Of a DNA stretch of 64,000 nt, positions 50,186 to 60,265 are shown piece by piece. The stretch is from Oligoflexales bacterium (lineage in GTDB: Bacteria > Bdellovibrionota_B > Oligoflexia > Oligoflexales > Bog-1112). A program made the translations under genes and the position numbers. Where the stretch lies: NCBI GenBank assembly GCA_045106415.1, contig JBGCEP010000028.1:32001-96000 (forward strand), read 5' to 3'. The notes under the pieces were generated by a model. The model saw only the letters and a list, made by a program, of their open reading frames with translations. It was not told the origin of the DNA and searched no databases. Each line of letters starts with the position of its first letter. Position 1 is the stretch's first letter.

Positions 50186-53100
50186 TTAAGAATCTTTTAG
50201 CTTGTTGGATTGCTGTAATGTTTGCATTGTTAAATCACGAGCTGCACTTCTACGCAAGATCATTGCAACAAGGTCTTGAGACGAAATATTCGAAGAGCGA
50301 ATTTCATCTATAAGATGACCTGCATGCTGATCTTGTCGAATATACTCAGTAATAACTCGATATTTCTCTGATGACCCCATCCCTTTAAGCCACTGTAAAC
50401 CTTCGCGATAAATCACAGAACTTGCTATAAATGCTGCTAAAACTGCAATTTTATGCGATTTAGGAAGTTCGTTCAAGATACGATCTTTATATTTTTCTAC
50501 CAAAATACTTGGGCAATACCTTAACAATAACCCTTGAAACAATGGATCAGCTAAGACATGGTCTGCATCGTCAGTAAACTTTTCTAGCAGCAAATCTTTA
50601 ATGACGTTAATTTCATGAGATATTTCTAAAGATAAATCAACTAAAGGTTGATGTTTACCGTGGCGGACATATTCCGTAAAAAGCAGCTCTGCTTCTAAAG
50701 CGGCTTTTTCACGTAAAATTTCCACCACCTGAGCGACATACTTTTCTTTTATTTTTTCAAATTCTTTTTGATTAAGGATCAAAGAAGCAATAATTTCAAA
50801 GGAAGAACAAATCACACCTGTTTTATTCGCGCTTGAATCTTTTACCATCAAAATACCAAGTTGCTGAATATAAACTCTAGCTTCTTTTGTAAAGAAAATA
50901 TTGGCACCTTCAACAATAGCTCGACACGTCAGTTGACCTTCTTCATTTTTAAACAGCTTTGCATTACTTTCTTTCACTGTATATGGACGACCACCTGCAG
51001 GGATAAAAATATCAGAAACAGCTGTCGCATGAAGATTATTACGGCGTCGGATACTTTCTGTAGAATCCGCCTTTACAACCCAAGCATCTTCTCCACTCAA
51101 GGCAGCACTATTAAATTCACAGATAGATTTATTATTTTCAACAAGTGATAAAAGTTCTTTCCAGTCCAAGCCTTTTGGATCAAAAGCAGCACCTAAGCCA
51201 TCAGCAATCGCTACGACTCTAGCATTTTCACCATATTCTCGATGTAAAATTTTCATTTCATTACCAGCGACATCACCATCGGGTCCGCCTGTAAATTTGA
51301 CTGTGAATTTTTCTTTACACGGATCAATATCCAAGTGCTTTAACACTCGGTCTACATAAACATGAACCCCTTCTGAGGTCACTCCATACTCTTTGTGGTT
51401 GATCCCATCATCTGGTTTTGAAGAGATAAATGCTCTCGCATATTTATACCCACGACGCTCAGCTTGACGAGGTATCCATTGGATTAGGTTATTGCTCATG
51501 TTTTCATCTGGACCCAAGTAGATAATTTCTTCACGCGAATCATAATTAATCATTCTCGTGCCAATATCTTCTTGTGCCTCATCTCTATCAACTAAAAGAT
51601 CTAGCATTGCATTAATAGCACCTTTGACCGATCGATCACGACTTCCTTCTGGTGAGAGAAGAAGAACAGCTTTCGATCCACCTTCAGGGATATCTTTATT
51701 TTTCATCTGCTGTGCATGACTCAATCCATAGACTTCATCAAACAACCCTGAAAGAGCATGGCTATAATCAGCAGAATTGGTTGGCATCACAACCCTCAGA
51801 CCGCCACGAGCAACATCACGCCATCTAACATGAAAAAATCGGTAATGACGACCAACAACAAAAAAGACACCAAATGGTTTTTGAGGGTAATGCTTCTCAT
51901 CTAAAATATCTGGTGATAAACGAAAAGCAAGCCCTGTCTTACTCATAATGTAGTAGTTTGTCTTCAAAAGATGATCAATAAATCGAAGAGATTCACCAAA
52001 AATTTGTCTTTCAACGCGGTTAATCACTTTATCAATTTCGATTTTCAAACCAGCTTTTGCTTTTGAATAACCATCGTCTGACCTCTGCTTTTCATAGTGA
52101 GGATCAAATTTCATTCGAAATAAATCAACGAGTCCAAGTGTTAGTTGATTATTGTGAGAAAATGTTTCTTGAATTTTGTGATCCGAGTAATAATGAACAT
52201 TTTCTTTACTCAAAACAACATGAACCCAAATAGCTAAACTTCGAATCAAATTTGCAGCATTAATAGATAATTCTGTTGGCTCTTGCATTAACTGACTGTA
52301 GTCGTCTTGATCGACCCAACCCAACGTTTGTAGGGCTTTTGTAAGTTTAATCATAGAAAAGTGTTCGCCATTTACTTTTTGACCTGATTCATGCTGAATC
52401 ACAAAGTGCATGACAGATATCGATTCTTCTAATTGCTCATCAAAACGAATAATAAAAGCCCGTACAATATCAAAACCATAACGATTCATAAGGTGCATTA
52501 CTTGGCTTAAAACACTTCCCAACTCAACATTTTTAAAGCCTACAGAAAGCCTTGCTGTTGATGAGTTATCAAAAGGCTCAACAATAGTGTGAGCTCCTTC
52601 ATGATTCAGCATATAATGAACCATGCGATATGTAATTTGCAGACGAGCAGCTGTTGCATAAACAACAAAATCGTTATCTAAACTCTGCAAATAAGTTTCC
52701 ACTGACTCAGAGGAATCTGGAAACTCTTGAAGAATTAGCTTTCGCGCTGCTTCTATTTTTGTCAAAATACGAGAATTTGCTGCATCTGCTGGTAAAAATT
52801 CTCGACAGAAAAACGTAGATAAGAAAAGCAATTTATCTCTCGAGAAATAAATAGATCCCATTTTAAGTTCAAGGTTATTTAGGCGACTTGCCATTTCTAC
52901 AAGGATTTTTCTGTCACCACCAGGCCCAATATAGGTTACTTTTCTACGACTACGATCCCACAACTCTACTGTTTGCTTTGATTCAAACACATGTCCCGTA
53001 ATGACAGCCGATAAGTGCCTTACTTTTTCAGCTCGTGGCGTGGTCTGATAATAAATTTGAGGCATGTTATTAAAAAACCAAGGAGTTAAAATAGCAATAC

Positions 53101-53293
53101 TCTGGTCTAGGCCTATCCGTACAGTATCAGCAATGTCTTCAATATAACGCTCAAGTTCACGCCCTGATTTTTCCATCTCACCTGACGCAACTGAAACTTG
53201 ATCAACACTATCAAAACCTTCAGTATTCGCTTCACCCTGCTCTTTTTCATCGTCGACCGGCTGGGTTGATGTATAGGGTTTCTTCGTTGTCAT
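50186..53293 (-). CDS. Large NAD-specific glutamate dehydrogenase
   Basis: RDVARGGLR, KNKDIPEGGSK, YLGPDEN, HKEYGVTS, GGPDGDVAGN, EGAN; start at ATG 53293 (ATGA overlap). Confidence 0.92.
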   Translation of the reverse strand: MTTKKPYTSTQPVDDEKEQGEANTEGFDSVDQVSVASGEMEKSGRELERYIEDIADTVRIGLDQSIAILTPWFFNNMPQIYYQTTPRAEKVRHLSAVITGHVFESKQTVELWDRSRRKVTYIGPGGDRKILVEMASRLNNLELKMGSIYFSRDKLLFLSTFFCREFLPADAANSRILTKIEAARKLILQEFPDSSESVETYLQSLDNDFVVYATAARLQITYRMVHYMLNHEGAHTIVEPFDNSSTARLSVGFKNVELGSVLSQVMHLMNRYGFDIVRAFIIRFDEQLEESISVMHFVIQHESGQKVNGEHFSMIKLTKALQTLGWVDQDDYSQLMQEPTELSINAANLIRSLAIWVHVVLSKENVHYYSDHKIQETFSHNNQLTLGLVDLFRMKFDPHYEKQRSDDGYSKAKAGLKIEIDKVINRVERQIFGESLRFIDHLLKTNYYIMSKTGLAFRLSPDILDEKHYPQKPFGVFFVVGRHYRFFHVRWRDVARGGLRVVMPTNSADYSHALSGLFDEVYGLSHAQQMKNKDIPEGGSKAVLLLSPEGSRDRSVKGAINAMLDLLVDRDEAQEDIGTRMINYDSREEIIYLGPDENMSNNLIQWIPRQAERRGYKYARAFISSKPDDGINHKEYGVTSEGVHVYVDRVLKHLDIDPCKEKFTVKFTGGPDGDVAGNEMKILHREYGENARVVAIADGLGAAFDPKGLDWKELLSLVENNKSICEFNSAALSGEDAWVVKADSTESIRRRNNLHATAVSDIFIPAGGRPYTVKESNAKLFKNEEGQLTCRAIVEGANIFFTKEARVYIQQLGILMVKDSSANKTGVICSSFEIIASLILNQKEFEKIKEKYVAQVVEILREKAALEAELLFTEYVRHGKHQPLVDLSLEISHEINVIKDLLLEKFTDDADHVLADPLFQGLLLRYCPSILVEKYKDRILNELPKSHKIAVLAAFIASSVIYREGLQWLKGMGSSEKYRVITEYIRQDQHAGHLIDEIRSSNISSQDLVAMILRRSAARDLTMQTLQQSNKLKDS

Positions 53294-54654
53294 AACTTCC
53301 CCTTTTGAATTCGATTTTGCCACCAAGCATCAAGCTCATTTAATTTCTTATCTGTGATCACTCGACCATCAGCCCACTTCAAGACATCATTCGCTGGCGT
53401 CAATCGCTGCGAAGTATACCTCTCATAAAACAACTCTAACTTTTCTCGATACTCAGAGAAACCTTGCCTCTCCAGACCTTCCATTGCCAACTGGCACAAT
53501 ATTTGTGTCACTCTAGCAACTCTGTCATTTTCAAGACCGAAACGAGCCTGAAATACACTTTCTGCATGCAGAGAGTATTCAGGCTGTAAAACCTCTAAAG
53601 TTTTATGCACATTGTTTTTATCGTAAAGGAGTCCGACAAAAAAAGCAGCCGGCATCATTTGTAAAGACCGCAACTGTCCATCAACAGACCGTAACTCTAA
53701 GAAACCTTTTGGTCTAACTTCCGGAAACATTAAAGACAAGTGCTGCTCAAAATCTTTTTGTTCAGGATAAACTCCCTTGTAACCGTCTCGAATCCACTCT
53801 CTCATGGTTATGGGCTTATCTGGATTCTCGTACTGTAATGCTGCAATATAAACAACACGCGCATCAAGAACTGCATCAACATACGATTGCACACATGTCT
53901 TGTAGTGAAGATGCTTCACAAGACTATCAAGACCAGGATAACCCGTTCTTGTTTTATCCAGTTCATACCAAGACTGAGTTCTTGTGCCAACATTATCCGT
54001 TTGCTTTCCATTTAAGAATGTCGAATTTGCGAACATTGCAGCGGCAAATGGGCTTATAAGTTGACTTGCTAAATAACGGTGCAGCATTGATTCTTGGTCA
54101 GGACCAAAATCAAGACACACTTGCACTGTCATCGTTTGTCTCATCATCACTCGCCCCCAGGGTCCGATATTCTGAAAATGACGATCCATAGCTTTATAGC
54201 GAGACTTCGCAAGTCGAAGTCCTATCTTTTCGGCTTTTTCCCAGGGGTTTGTCCCAACCTGGAGAGCTTGAATACCATGAGGCTCAAAACAAGTGTCAAG
54301 CTTATTTTGTAGAGCTTTTAATGTTTTTTCAACATCCTGAATAGACGCTTCAGGCTCAGTTGCAATTTCAAGCTGCCCCCCAGGTTCAAAGGTCAGCGCC
54401 CCTGCCTCAGGTTGATCTTTCCACGACAAAGCTACGACAACATCACCATCATAGACTGGACGTAAAGGAAGATTCTCTTGTAACAATTCCTGCAGTTTTG
54501 GCAAAGGAATTGATTCTTGAGATTTTGTCACAAGCATTTCTAATTCAAGACCAATACGATCGGTTTGACCTAAAGCTGAAAAGCACTGAGATTCAACAAG
54601 ATGAAAGCATTCATCTAAACACAGGCGGCTGGGTGATGGTGAGCTTACAGTCAA
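53290..54654 (-). CDS. Glutamate--cysteine ligase (GCS2 family)
   Basis: IGLELE, TFEPGGQLE, MMRQTMTVQVCLD, FPEVRPKGFLELRSVD. Confidence 0.9.
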   Translation of the reverse strand: MTVSSPSPSRLCLDECFHLVESQCFSALGQTDRIGLELEMLVTKSQESIPLPKLQELLQENLPLRPVYDGDVVVALSWKDQPEAGALTFEPGGQLEIATEPEASIQDVEKTLKALQNKLDTCFEPHGIQALQVGTNPWEKAEKIGLRLAKSRYKAMDRHFQNIGPWGRVMMRQTMTVQVCLDFGPDQESMLHRYLASQLISPFAAAMFANSTFLNGKQTDNVGTRTQSWYELDKTRTGYPGLDSLVKHLHYKTCVQSYVDAVLDARVVYIAALQYENPDKPITMREWIRDGYKGVYPEQKDFEQHLSLMFPEVRPKGFLELRSVDGQLRSLQMMPAAFFVGLLYDKNNVHKTLEVLQPEYSLHAESVFQARFGLENDRVARVTQILCQLAMEGLERQGFSEYREKLELFYERYTSQRLTPANDVLKWADGRVITDKKLNELDAWWQNRIQKGKL

Positions 54655-54682
54655 TCATCTCTCCTCATGATTCAGGATCGCT

Positions 54683-55150
54683 CTACTCAGCCGGATTCAC
54701 TTCCGAATCATCTATGATTTCTTCATCTCCGGCTGGAGCTTCAACGTTCATTGCAAACTCTGTTATACCGCTCTGACGTACGGTATCAATCAGTTTCACA
54801 ACAGCACCGTGAGGAGTTTCTTGATCTGCTGTAATCAGGGCCTGTAACTGCGCCCCTGATTGAGCATCCTTACGCGCCTTCTCAATCTGCTCTGCTACTT
54901 GCGGAAAGTCAATAAGTTCTCCATCTAAAAACAACCTAGAGTCTTTATCAAGAACAAACGCTAAGTTTTTAGAAACATCGGTATTCTCACCTGTTTCTGC
55001 CTGTGGAAGCTTAATATCAATAGTTTTATGAACAACATGAGATGCTGTCACCATAAAAATCACGAGAAGAACCAACATCACATCGACAAGGGGTGTGACA
55101 TTAATACCTGTTATTTCATCTTCATCACCATCGGACTGAGCACCCATCAC
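54683..55150 (-). CDS. ExbD/TolR family protein
   Basis: INVTPLVDVMLVLLVIFMV with the conserved TM Asp. Confidence 0.93.
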   Translation of the reverse strand: MMGAQSDGDEDEITGINVTPLVDVMLVLLVIFMVTASHVVHKTIDIKLPQAETGENTDVSKNLAFVLDKDSRLFLDGELIDFPQVAEQIEKARKDAQSGAQLQALITADQETPHGAVVKLIDTVRQSGITEFAMNVEAPAGDEEIIDDSEVNPAE

Positions 55151-55164
55151 ACATCTCCGTTATC

Positions 55165-55818
55165 TTATGTAAGCCACACGGCAACTTGTTTAGAAATAAC
55201 AGCAGCATTTGCCATACGACGTTTAATCATTTTATTAAATATGTTGAATGCAATCACAGCAGGAATCGCAACCATAAGCCCAATCGCAGTTGCTACAAGC
55301 GCTTCAGAAATACCAGCCATAACTACAGAAGGTCCTCCTTCAGGGTTTGCAGCCAAATCATTAAAGGCAGCAATAATACCAATCACAGTTCCAAACAAAC
55401 CAATAAAGGGAGCATTATTTCCAAGAGTCCCTAAAACCATAAGTCCTTTATCAAACTCTTGCCTACCTTGGACTGCTCGACCATCCATCACACCTTCTCT
55501 CACAAGAGCTGTTTGTTCTCTTTGTTCAAGACCTTGCAGTGCAACTTGAGCTTCAAAAATATGGCTGTTTTTGCAAAAATTCGTCGCTGCTTCAAAATCT
55601 TTTTTCTCCAGATAGCCTAACAACTCTTTTTTCATTTCTTCAAAATCAACTCTTTGATTCCAGAAGTACCAAATTCTTTCAAAGGTAATTGCAACAGATA
55701 AAACGCTCAAAAAAAGAAGCAACCATAGAATCCATTCTGTACCCAACAGCATAAAACCTAAAAGCTCTTCGACAATATCAAAACCTTGATTTTGCTCTGC
55801 CAACATCACTAACCTCAA
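55165..55818 (-). CDS. MotA/TolQ/ExbB proton channel protein
   Basis: APFIGLFGTVIGI, GISEALVATAIGL. Confidence 0.93.
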   Translation of the reverse strand: MRLVMLAEQNQGFDIVEELLGFMLLGTEWILWLLLFLSVLSVAITFERIWYFWNQRVDFEEMKKELLGYLEKKDFEAATNFCKNSHIFEAQVALQGLEQREQTALVREGVMDGRAVQGRQEFDKGLMVLGTLGNNAPFIGLFGTVIGIIAAFNDLAANPEGGPSVVMAGISEALVATAIGLMVAIPAVIAFNIFNKMIKRRMANAAVISKQVAVWLT

Positions 55819-56460
55819 TTAAAATAAGTTGAAAAAACCTCTGCGCCGAAAACCACTCATAAACCCATTAAAGGTATATGTCACAGACACTCCTACTTGA
55901 TCTATACTTCGGTGATCTTCCCCTTCTTGTTGAGAAGCAATATTTTCCTCTGTGTCTTTCGAACTTAAAAGACCATGCATCATTTCAAAGCTCACCTGCC
56001 AATAATTTTTCTTATCTACTCGATGAATCGATCCTAAAACAATTCCTCCAACAGGCCCTTCCCAGCGACCGTCAAGTTCATTTTCACTTGCTTTAAGTAC
56101 GGACTGATACAAAGAAGAACCTCCTAAAAAAGCAACATAAACGGATTCTGAGATTCTCACTCCTAACTGAGCTCCATAGCCAGCATAATACGCATTTTCT
56201 TTTCCTGGGTGGAAAGCTTTCGTTCCGCCTGGTGTATAAAATCCGAACCCACCAAGATCAAAAACCTGCATAAAAGAATACCCAAGCATCACTGAGGGTC
56301 CAACACCAATATAATTTGGAGTACTTTCGTTTTGGAGAGGTTGAAATGCAAAAGTACGCACACCCACTCCTGTATTTGCAAGGACACCGGAAAAAGATTT
56401 CATAGAAAAAAATGCGGACCACAGCAAACTCAATAATCGAAAAATAAATTCTTTTCGCAT
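55819..56460 (-). CDS. Putative small outer-membrane beta-barrel protein
   Basis: Signal peptide; alternating Gly/aromatic strands (LGYSF, GVSVTYTF). Confidence 0.55.
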   Translation of the reverse strand: MRKEFIFRLLSLLWSAFFSMKSFSGVLANTGVGVRTFAFQPLQNESTPNYIGVGPSVMLGYSFMQVFDLGGFGFYTPGGTKAFHPGKENAYYAGYGAQLGVRISESVYVAFLGGSSLYQSVLKASENELDGRWEGPVGGIVLGSIHRVDKKNYWQVSFEMMHGLLSSKDTEENIASQQEGEDHRSIDQVGVSVTYTFNGFMSGFRRRGFFNLF

Positions 56461-56463
56461 ATA

Positions 56464-56907
56464 CTAAAGGCTTTCATTCACAAGTTCATGCACAGTGTTT
56501 CTGATATAAAGCCTAAAACTCATAGAAGATCCACCATCGGTAGAAGAGGATACTCTTGGACTTGCTAGTGCGTGCTCTGGAACCTGCAAAACAACTCTTT
56601 CAATCGCCTCACCCCTTCTTATGAAAAGATCTTGTCCTCGAATTCTTTCACAAAAAGAGACAACCCACCCTCTACCAGAACGCTCAAACAATTTTCCTAT
56701 ACCTCCCGGAGGTTGTATAAAAAAATACCGACATTTTGCCGGTAAAGTGCCATACTCTTTAAGCAATGCCAGCTGTCCAAATTGGTTGTTTTTTCTATCG
56801 ATTTCTCTATAAACAACACGGCGTAATTGTTCAAAACACTCATCTATCACCATTGGATCACTTAAAAGACCATGATGTGTATTTTGTCCCTGTTGCAGTT
56901 CTTGCAT
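56464..56907 (-). CDS. Hypothetical protein
   Basis: 147-aa ORF with GAGG RBS at the head of a tightly packed operon. Confidence 0.65.
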   Translation of the reverse strand: MQELQQGQNTHHGLLSDPMVIDECFEQLRRVVYREIDRKNNQFGQLALLKEYGTLPAKCRYFFIQPPGGIGKLFERSGRGWVVSFCERIRGQDLFIRRGEAIERVVLQVPEHALASPRVSSSTDGGSSMSFRLYIRNTVHELVNESL

Positions 56908-56998
56908 GTCACGCCTCTAAAATATAGAACACGAGATCATTATAAAATGGGTATTTTAGAAGAAGATAGGTATTGAGATTGCCTAGTTTTAGAGAGAG

Positions 56999-57075
56999 TG
57001 GAGCGGGTAACGGGATTCGAACCCGTGACCTTCGCGATGGCAACGCGACGCTCTAGCCAGCTGAGCTACACCCGC
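56999..57075 (-). tRNA. tRNA-Gly (GCC), CCA encoded
   Basis: GCGGGTG/TACCCGC acceptor stem, anticodon arm TCGCG-TTGCCAT-CGCGA, GGTTCGAATCC T-arm, T-CCA end. Confidence 0.97.
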
Positions 57076-57088
57076 AGACACAGACAGT

Positions 57089-57117
57089 GTTATATGGATT
57101 AAACACCTCAAGGTCAA
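57089..57117 (-). promoter_or_regulatory. Sigma70 promoter of tRNA-Gly
   Basis: TTGACC-N17-TATAAC. Confidence 0.75.
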
Positions 57118-57243
57118 GTACTTGTTAAAAAAAAATGCTATTCCTATCTTTTTTCATTCCCAAAAGCCTGCACGAAAACAATCTTGACTCGAACTCTAAC
57201 TTCCCTTAACCTTCAGAAAATTTTAAAAAACCAGAGGATTTTT

Positions 57244-57642
57244 ATGAAAACACACATCATTACAACTTATCTTACTCTTTCTTTGTCAGGACTTGCCACA
57301 GCGTCCCCTTCCCAGAATTTTCCGCTACAATCAACACCAAGAACTCCAACAGCTCCTTACTCATTAGAGTCTCAAGACACACAAGATGATATACACCTTC
57401 CTGAGTCCAACGCTTCTTACAGCAGAGACTGCCTATTATCTGCTGGTGCTGTTGCTATTCTTAGTACGACTCTTGTTCTAGGTGGCGTGTTATATGCCAG
57501 TTGTGATGATAGTACGCGAAGAGGCTGTGACACAATTGAAGACATTGGTGAAATTATGATGATTACAAGTGGTTCTTTATTAGGTGGAGCAGCAATACTT
57601 GCTGGTGGACTGAAAATTTATAGAGAATCAAAAAGACGTTAA
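57244..57642 (+). CDS. Hypothetical membrane protein
   Basis: GAGGA RBS; signal peptide and two Gly-rich hydrophobic helices. Confidence 0.7.
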   Translation: MKTHIITTYLTLSLSGLATASPSQNFPLQSTPRTPTAPYSLESQDTQDDIHLPESNASYSRDCLLSAGAVAILSTTLVLGGVLYASCDDSTRRGCDTIEDIGEIMMITSGSLLGGAAILAGGLKIYRESKRR

Positions 57643-57646
57643 AAAT

Positions 57647-57678
57647 TTGGAGTTTCTTATCAAAAGAAGAAACTCCAA
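57647..57678. terminator. Stem-loop between convergent genes, probable terminator
   Basis: 12-bp inverted repeat TTGGAGTTTCTT/AAGAAACTCCAA. Confidence 0.7.
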
Positions 57679-57683
57679 CCAAA

Positions 57684-58037
57684 CTACAAGAGCTTTTCTT
57701 TCCACTCATCTTCACGAAAACCCACTAAAGAAACTTCTCCTATGACCAAAGGCCTTTTGATGAGCTTGCCATGTTGTGACAAAAGCTTAAGAGCTTCCTC
57801 CTCATTCATTGCAGGTAACTTGGCCTTCAACTCAAGATTTCTATAGACCTCTCCTGAAGTATTAAAAAGTTTTTTGACTTGCCCATCGACTCCATTTTTT
57901 AAAGCCGCCTGAAGCTCCAATAAACTTGGAGGATTTGTGACAATGCCCACTTCTTCATATGCAACTTCATGATGATTCAAAAACTTAATAGCCTTCTTGC
58001 AAGTGGTACACCCTCGATATAAATAGACTTTTAGCAT
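57684..58037 (-). CDS. ArsC/Spx family protein
   Basis: CTTCKKA, LFNTSG, LIKRPL, VGF; start at ATG 58037. Confidence 0.9.
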   Translation of the reverse strand: MLKVYLYRGCTTCKKAIKFLNHHEVAYEEVGIVTNPPSLLELQAALKNGVDGQVKKLFNTSGEVYRNLELKAKLPAMNEEEALKLLSQHGKLIKRPLVIGEVSLVGFREDEWKEKLL

Positions 58038-58151
58038 AACTGGACTCCAAAAAAATCGATACAAAACGCACAAATATTATTCGCTGATCAAACAATACAT
58101 ATGCTATATAGACAAGATAGTTTAAGAAGGCTAACCAAAATCGGAGATTTT

Positions 58152-59048
58152 ATGCACAAAACACTGATTTTATTCACCGTGTTTCTCTGTTTACTGGTCA
58201 AGACAGCTTGTTGTAATCCCGAGCCTTATAAAAAGCTCACTGCAGCTACCGACCTTTCTACGAACCCCCACGTCCAGTGCCTTTGGATGCCTTCTAAAAA
58301 TGCAAAATCATCTGTCCTCATTGCACACGGCTTTAATGTTCGACCAGAAAAAATGTCAGGGCTTATTGATTATTACCACAACCAGGGAGCCGACGTTCTT
58401 CTTTCCATCCTTGAAGGTCACCATAAAAAATCCTTTGATATTCAGAACTTATCTGGAACTTGGTATGAGCAAATAGAGCATTGCGCCTTCCAAATGAAAA
58501 AAGAAAAACCACACTCCTCTTTAACTTTTGTTGGTTTTTCTCTCGGGGGCCTTTTAGGTGCTCGCCTAGCTCAAGAACATCACCATCTTTTCCATAATAT
58601 GGAGCTCTTAGCGCCAGCAATTGCTATCCGTCAACTCCCCAAACTCGCAAAATATATGTGGGAAAGCTTTCATTTCCCCACTTTCGGAGAGTTTGGTTAC
58701 ACAATTCACAGCTCGATAGCAGCTCGAAGCTATCACACAATTCTGAACCTCCAGGATGAATTTTTAGGTAACCTTCAAAAACTTGAACACTCTGAAACAC
58801 ATATTCAAATTTATCTTCATCCAAGTGACCCTCTGATTAGCTGGAGTAAAATCAACACACTCATAAAACAACCAGGCCTAGCTCACTGGGAGGTCTACGA
58901 CATCCGAAAATTAGGTCACAAAAAAATATCAACAAAATCAATAATTAAACACATGATTATTGATGAAAAAACTCTTGGAGAAGAAAACTGGGGGTACTTA
59001 AAAAGAAAATTCCAAACGCATTTACTAAGAAGCCAAAGCTCTTTATGA
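58152..59048 (+). CDS. Exported alpha/beta hydrolase (esterase/lysophospholipase-like)
   Basis: HGF oxyanion motif, GFSLG nucleophile elbow, DPLI, late His. Confidence 0.85.
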   Translation: MHKTLILFTVFLCLLVKTACCNPEPYKKLTAATDLSTNPHVQCLWMPSKNAKSSVLIAHGFNVRPEKMSGLIDYYHNQGADVLLSILEGHHKKSFDIQNLSGTWYEQIEHCAFQMKKEKPHSSLTFVGFSLGGLLGARLAQEHHHLFHNMELLAPAIAIRQLPKLAKYMWESFHFPTFGEFGYTIHSSIAARSYHTILNLQDEFLGNLQKLEHSETHIQIYLHPSDPLISWSKINTLIKQPGLAHWEVYDIRKLGHKKISTKSIIKHMIIDEKTLGEENWGYLKRKFQTHLLRSQSSL

Positions 59049-59182
59049 AGCTACTTCTTTCTACTTTTAGCAAGCTAACATCTTGTAATAAAAAGAAAAA
59101 CAAAAAAATAAACAAAAATATTGTTAAATACTTACGACCTAGCTATTATTTGTTATCCCTTTAAATATGACACGGAGTTTTC

Positions 59183-60265
59183 TTGAAGTATTCGATGGTT
59201 TTAATGAGTCTCATATTGTCTTATTCTTCATTATCAGCAAACTCTCTAAGAGAGCTGAAGTCTCAAACAAAAGAGCACTTAAAAGACTTTTGCTCTCAAA
59301 TTGGCCCATCTCAAATGATTGACCTGGGAAGCGGGGCTGCTCCTCAACTTGCTCGACCACTCCATTTTTTCATCAAGCCTCACGCGCAGTACCAATGGCA
59401 TGAAAAAATGACTCTCTCCGGCTCTGAAATTTTAAAACTCGCTGCGTCAACAAAACGCGACAACCGCTTATATAATGAGACTCAAGAAGAGGGAGATATC
59501 ATAATCAGCGGCCAAATATACATTACACATAATGACAATGGACAACCAGTTGAGAAAACGCGCTATCCAATTACACAAATTTCTATTGCTGGAATTAATC
59601 TAGCATACAGCACAGACAATTTTATTAATTTCAACGGGCAGCGTTATAATCTAACAAACGATGTTGATGGATATCAGTATTCAACTACAAGTAAAGGTTT
59701 CACCGCTGCTTCTATTAAAAAATATAAAGAACAAATGCTAAAAAAATGGACTGCTATTCTTGATGTTTTTCAAGAGAATAAAGTTGAAGTAGCAGTCTTA
59801 CCAGCCATAGGACTGGGTGCTTTTTTACCATATGGATTTGGAGCAAATCAACTCCGCCAAGCTTCTATTGAAGCTTTAAATATCTCATTAGACAATAGAA
59901 AATTTAAAAAAGTTATACTCTCTATCCCTAAGTTTGACAGCGATAACTACAGTGCTTTCAGCACAAATAATATCGGCTCATATGAGATATGCCGAATAAG
60001 TATGTTTGATATAGCTCATAGTTACGCACAAAAGAAAAAAGTTGGAATTGTAAACCCTTCTGACAAAGAGGCTCTTGTTACAGGAAATTTAGGTCAATAC
60101 TGGGCTTTAGATTCTGATATTGCTTTAGAGGAAATTTTTCCATACCTCACAACTATTCTTCTCAATAATACTTTTTACACGCAACAAAAAATCAATATTC
60201 AAGTCCCTTACGAACCCCTCTCCATGAAATTAAAAAAATCTATGAAATTTATTTTTCCTCAATAA
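59183..60265 (+). CDS. Secreted protein with macrodomain-like motif
   Basis: Signal peptide, GGAG RBS with TTG start; VAVLPAIGLGAF; GIVNPSD...ALEE. Confidence 0.5.
   Translation: MKYSMVLMSLILSYSSLSANSLRELKSQTKEHLKDFCSQIGPSQMIDLGSGAAPQLARPLHFFIKPHAQYQWHEKMTLSGSEILKLAASTKRDNRLYNETQEEGDIIISGQIYITHNDNGQPVEKTRYPITQISIAGINLAYSTDNFINFNGQRYNLTNDVDGYQYSTTSKGFTAASIKKYKEQMLKKWTAILDVFQENKVEVAVLPAIGLGAFLPYGFGANQLRQASIEALNISLDNRKFKKVILSIPKFDSDNYSAFSTNNIGSYEICRISMFDIAHSYAQKKKVGIVNPSDKEALVTGNLGQYWALDSDIALEEIFPYLTTILLNNTFYTQQKINIQVPYEPLSMKLKKSMKFIFPQ

Noticed and set aside
54360..55549. Antisense ORFs 54360-54776 and 55028-55549, and similar shadow ORFs elsewhere
   Set aside because: They lie opposite well-supported genes and show no recognisable motifs
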